A DNA stretch of 64,000 nucleotides from Balneolaceae bacterium (GTDB lineage: Bacteria; Bacteroidota; Rhodothermia; Balneolales; Balneolaceae): contig JBBDJK010000152.1 of the NCBI GenBank assembly GCA_040879905.1, forward strand, positions 4,617 to 68,616, in the 5' to 3' direction. The translations under genes were made by a program, and so were the position numbers. The notes under the pieces are model-generated. The model searched no databases. It was not told where the DNA came from and saw only the letters and a list, made by a program, of their open reading frames with translations. This document shows, piece after piece, positions 62,039 to 64,000 of this stretch (positions within the stretch are counted from its first letter, which is position 1; every line of letters begins with the position of its first letter).

Positions 62039-62905
62039 ATGACTGACAGATTGGAAATATTAAAGACCTATAAAACCTATGTTGGAGGAGCCTTCCCAAG
62101 AAGTGAATCGGAAAGAACCTATCAGGTAACCAATCAAAAAAGTGTTCATATCGCAAATGCGTGCAGGTGCACTCGCAAAGATGTTCGAAACGCAGTAGTT
62201 GCAGCAAGATCAGCTTTTGATGGCTGGAGCGGACGTTCAGCTTATAATCGTGGTCAGGTTCTCTATCGTATCGCAGAGATGCTGGAAGGGAGGAAAGACC
62301 AGTTTGTGAAAGAGTTAGAGAGTTCGGGAGTTTCGATAAAACAAGCGTCCAGGGAGGTAGAAACATCGATCGATCGGTTGATCTATTATGCCGGCTGGAC
62401 GGATAAAATTAGTCAGGTTTTCGGAACGGTAAATCCGGTGGCCAGTTCACATTTTAATTTCAGCCTTCCGGAGCCGACCGGCGTGGTCGGTGTGATTTCA
62501 TCGGATGATACACCCTTGCTATCGATTGTATCGTTGATTGCACCTGTGATCGCATCCGGAAACACGCTGGTTCTGCTGGCATCGGAAACAAATCCATTAC
62601 CTGCGATTAGTTTTGGTGAAGTGTTACATGCATCAGATGTCCCCGGCGGAGTGGTGAATATCCTTTCCGGCTATCGTGATGAGATGGTAAATGCACTGAC
62701 CGAACATATGGATGTGAATGCTATTTTAAACAGTGTATCGAATGAAAATTTAAGGAAACAAGTTGATGAAAATGGAGCTATAAGCGTCAAACGGGTATCA
62801 CATATTTTCGTAACGAATTGGTTTGATAATGAACAACTTGAACAACCCTATCTGATACTGGACTTTATGGAAACGAAAACGACATGGCATCCTGTGGGTG
62901 TTTAA
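62039..62905 (+). CDS. Short ALDH-like protein (NAD-binding-fold region only)
   Basis: KTYK.YVGG.FPRSES start; ALDH N-domain; lacks PWN, ELGG and the catalytic Cys; ends ETKTTWHP.G. Confidence 0.85.
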   Translation: MTDRLEILKTYKTYVGGAFPRSESERTYQVTNQKSVHIANACRCTRKDVRNAVVAARSAFDGWSGRSAYNRGQVLYRIAEMLEGRKDQFVKELESSGVSIKQASREVETSIDRLIYYAGWTDKISQVFGTVNPVASSHFNFSLPEPTGVVGVISSDDTPLLSIVSLIAPVIASGNTLVLLASETNPLPAISFGEVLHASDVPGGVVNILSGYRDEMVNALTEHMDVNAILNSVSNENLRKQVDENGAISVKRVSHIFVTNWFDNEQLEQPYLILDFMETKTTWHPVGV

Positions 62906-63512
62906 TAGACAACTTATGGTTAGACATTCATATACATTTACGCTGTATTCTTTATTAACATTCATCCTTTTGGCAGTTTTAATACTCTCTTCATGTAGTT
63001 CATCTGAGCCGTTGATCAGTGAGGAAGAGGAGGAAAAGATGTCTCAAATGGATCGAGATGAGATTGCAGAATATCTCAGAGAGGAATTGGATGAAACCGA
63101 ATATCTGTTATTTGAAAACCGTAGTTTTTTATCTGATCGTTTTTCAACATTACAACATGATATGCCTGAATCTTATCTCAAAGAAGTGGTTCAGGAAGAG
63201 CGTGTTATAGATGAGCGTGTAGGATACAGGGTCCAAATCCTTTCAACACGCGATGTCGCATTAGCCGATTCCACCAGGGATGAATTTCGTGTTTGGGCTT
63301 CAGAACGGATAGAGGGTCACGAGATTGATGCCTACATTTTTTTCCGCCAGCCCTTTTACCGTGTCCGGGTTGGTGATTTCCGCGCACGAGAAACGGCTAT
63401 TGAAGTATCCAGCTTTCTGAAAAACCGATATCCGGATGCCTGGGTAGTTCATGATTTGATTGAACCGGATAGAGTTCCTGCGGATACCACGCAGATACGG
63501 CTCTTGGAGTAA
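62898..63512 (+). CDS. SPOR domain lipoprotein
   Basis: Lipobox LSSC; GYRVQI, PFYRVRVGDF, YPDAWVV. Confidence 0.85.
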   Translation: MFNRQLMVRHSYTFTLYSLLTFILLAVLILSSCSSSEPLISEEEEEKMSQMDRDEIAEYLREELDETEYLLFENRSFLSDRFSTLQHDMPESYLKEVVQEERVIDERVGYRVQILSTRDVALADSTRDEFRVWASERIEGHEIDAYIFFRQPFYRVRVGDFRARETAIEVSSFLKNRYPDAWVVHDLIEPDRVPADTTQIRLLE

Positions 63513-63526
63513 TAGATAAAAACTTT

Positions 63527-63568
63527 AGATTGCAGGTTTGTGATTGCAGATTTCAGATCTTAGATCTA
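63527..63568. repeat. Degenerate heptamer tandem repeat (AGATTnC-like x6)
   Basis: agattgc aggtttg tgattgc agatttc agatctt agatcta, between convergent genes. Confidence 0.65.
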
Positions 63569-63585
63569 AAGCTTGAATACTACGA

Positions 63586-64000
63586 TCATACATTAAATCT
63601 AAACAACATAACATCGCCGTCTTTCACAATATACTCTTTCCCTTCCTGACGCATTTTACCGGCTTCTTTGGCGGCTTTTTCAGATTTTAATTCGGCATAA
63701 TCTTTATAAGCGATGGTTTCTGCACGAATAAATCCGCGTTCAAAGTCAGTGTGAATGACCCCTGCAGCCTGTGGGGCTTTAGTACCCTTTCGTATCGTCC
63801 ATGCTCGGACCTCTTTGGGGCCGGCTGTGAAATATGTGATTAAACCGAGATTTTCGTAAGCTGCTCGAATCAGACGATCTAAACCTGATTTATCTATACC
63901 AAGTTCTTCCATGAACATCTCCTTTTCATCCGGTTGCAGTTCTGCTATTTCAGCTTCAATCTTGGCACAAAAAATCACCAGGTTATCGCTGAATTGATCT
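63586..64000 (-). CDS. ychF: Redox-regulated ATPase YchF, C-terminal part (start outside window)
   Basis: [51 protein letters not shown]. Confidence 0.96.
   Translation of the reverse strand, partial: DQFSDNLVIFCAKIEAEIAELQPDEKEMFMEELGIDKSGLDRLIRAAYENLGLITYFTAGPKEVRAWTIRKGTKAPQAAGVIHTDFERGFIRAETIAYKDYAELKSEKAAKEAGKMRQEGKEYIVKDGDVMLFRFNV

Noticed and set aside
62039-62905. Short ALDH as a pseudogene
   Set aside because: Clean start, intact frame and a proper ALDH-type C-terminal strand. Better explained as a non-catalytic subunit.

Overview
AT-rich bacterial core-chromosome window. Gene content and protein style suggest Balneolota/Rhodothermota, a Bacteroidota-related lineage; this is inference, not a database result. 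It holds a complete trp operon with trpS inserted after trpE, preceded by a Trp-codon leader-peptide attenuator. Housekeeping genes include holA, bshC, tmk, aroE, pgeF, dxr-rseP-psd-pssA, nuoI, der, a UvrD-type helicase, leuS, deoC and ychF. Also present are an ECF sigma with a small partner ORF, a rimB-like/rimK/deacylase operon and a deoC plus two-ALDH cluster. A dif-like XerCD site at 39593-39620 lies where gene orientation flips from mostly + to mostly -, suggesting the replication terminus. The least explained element is a 30-bp-period tandem array upstream of leuS that is both a series of GTGAT-N4-ATCA palindromes and a 34-codon repeat ORF. No rRNA, tRNA, CRISPR array, transposase or prophage was recognised. 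All product calls come from motif recognition by eye.
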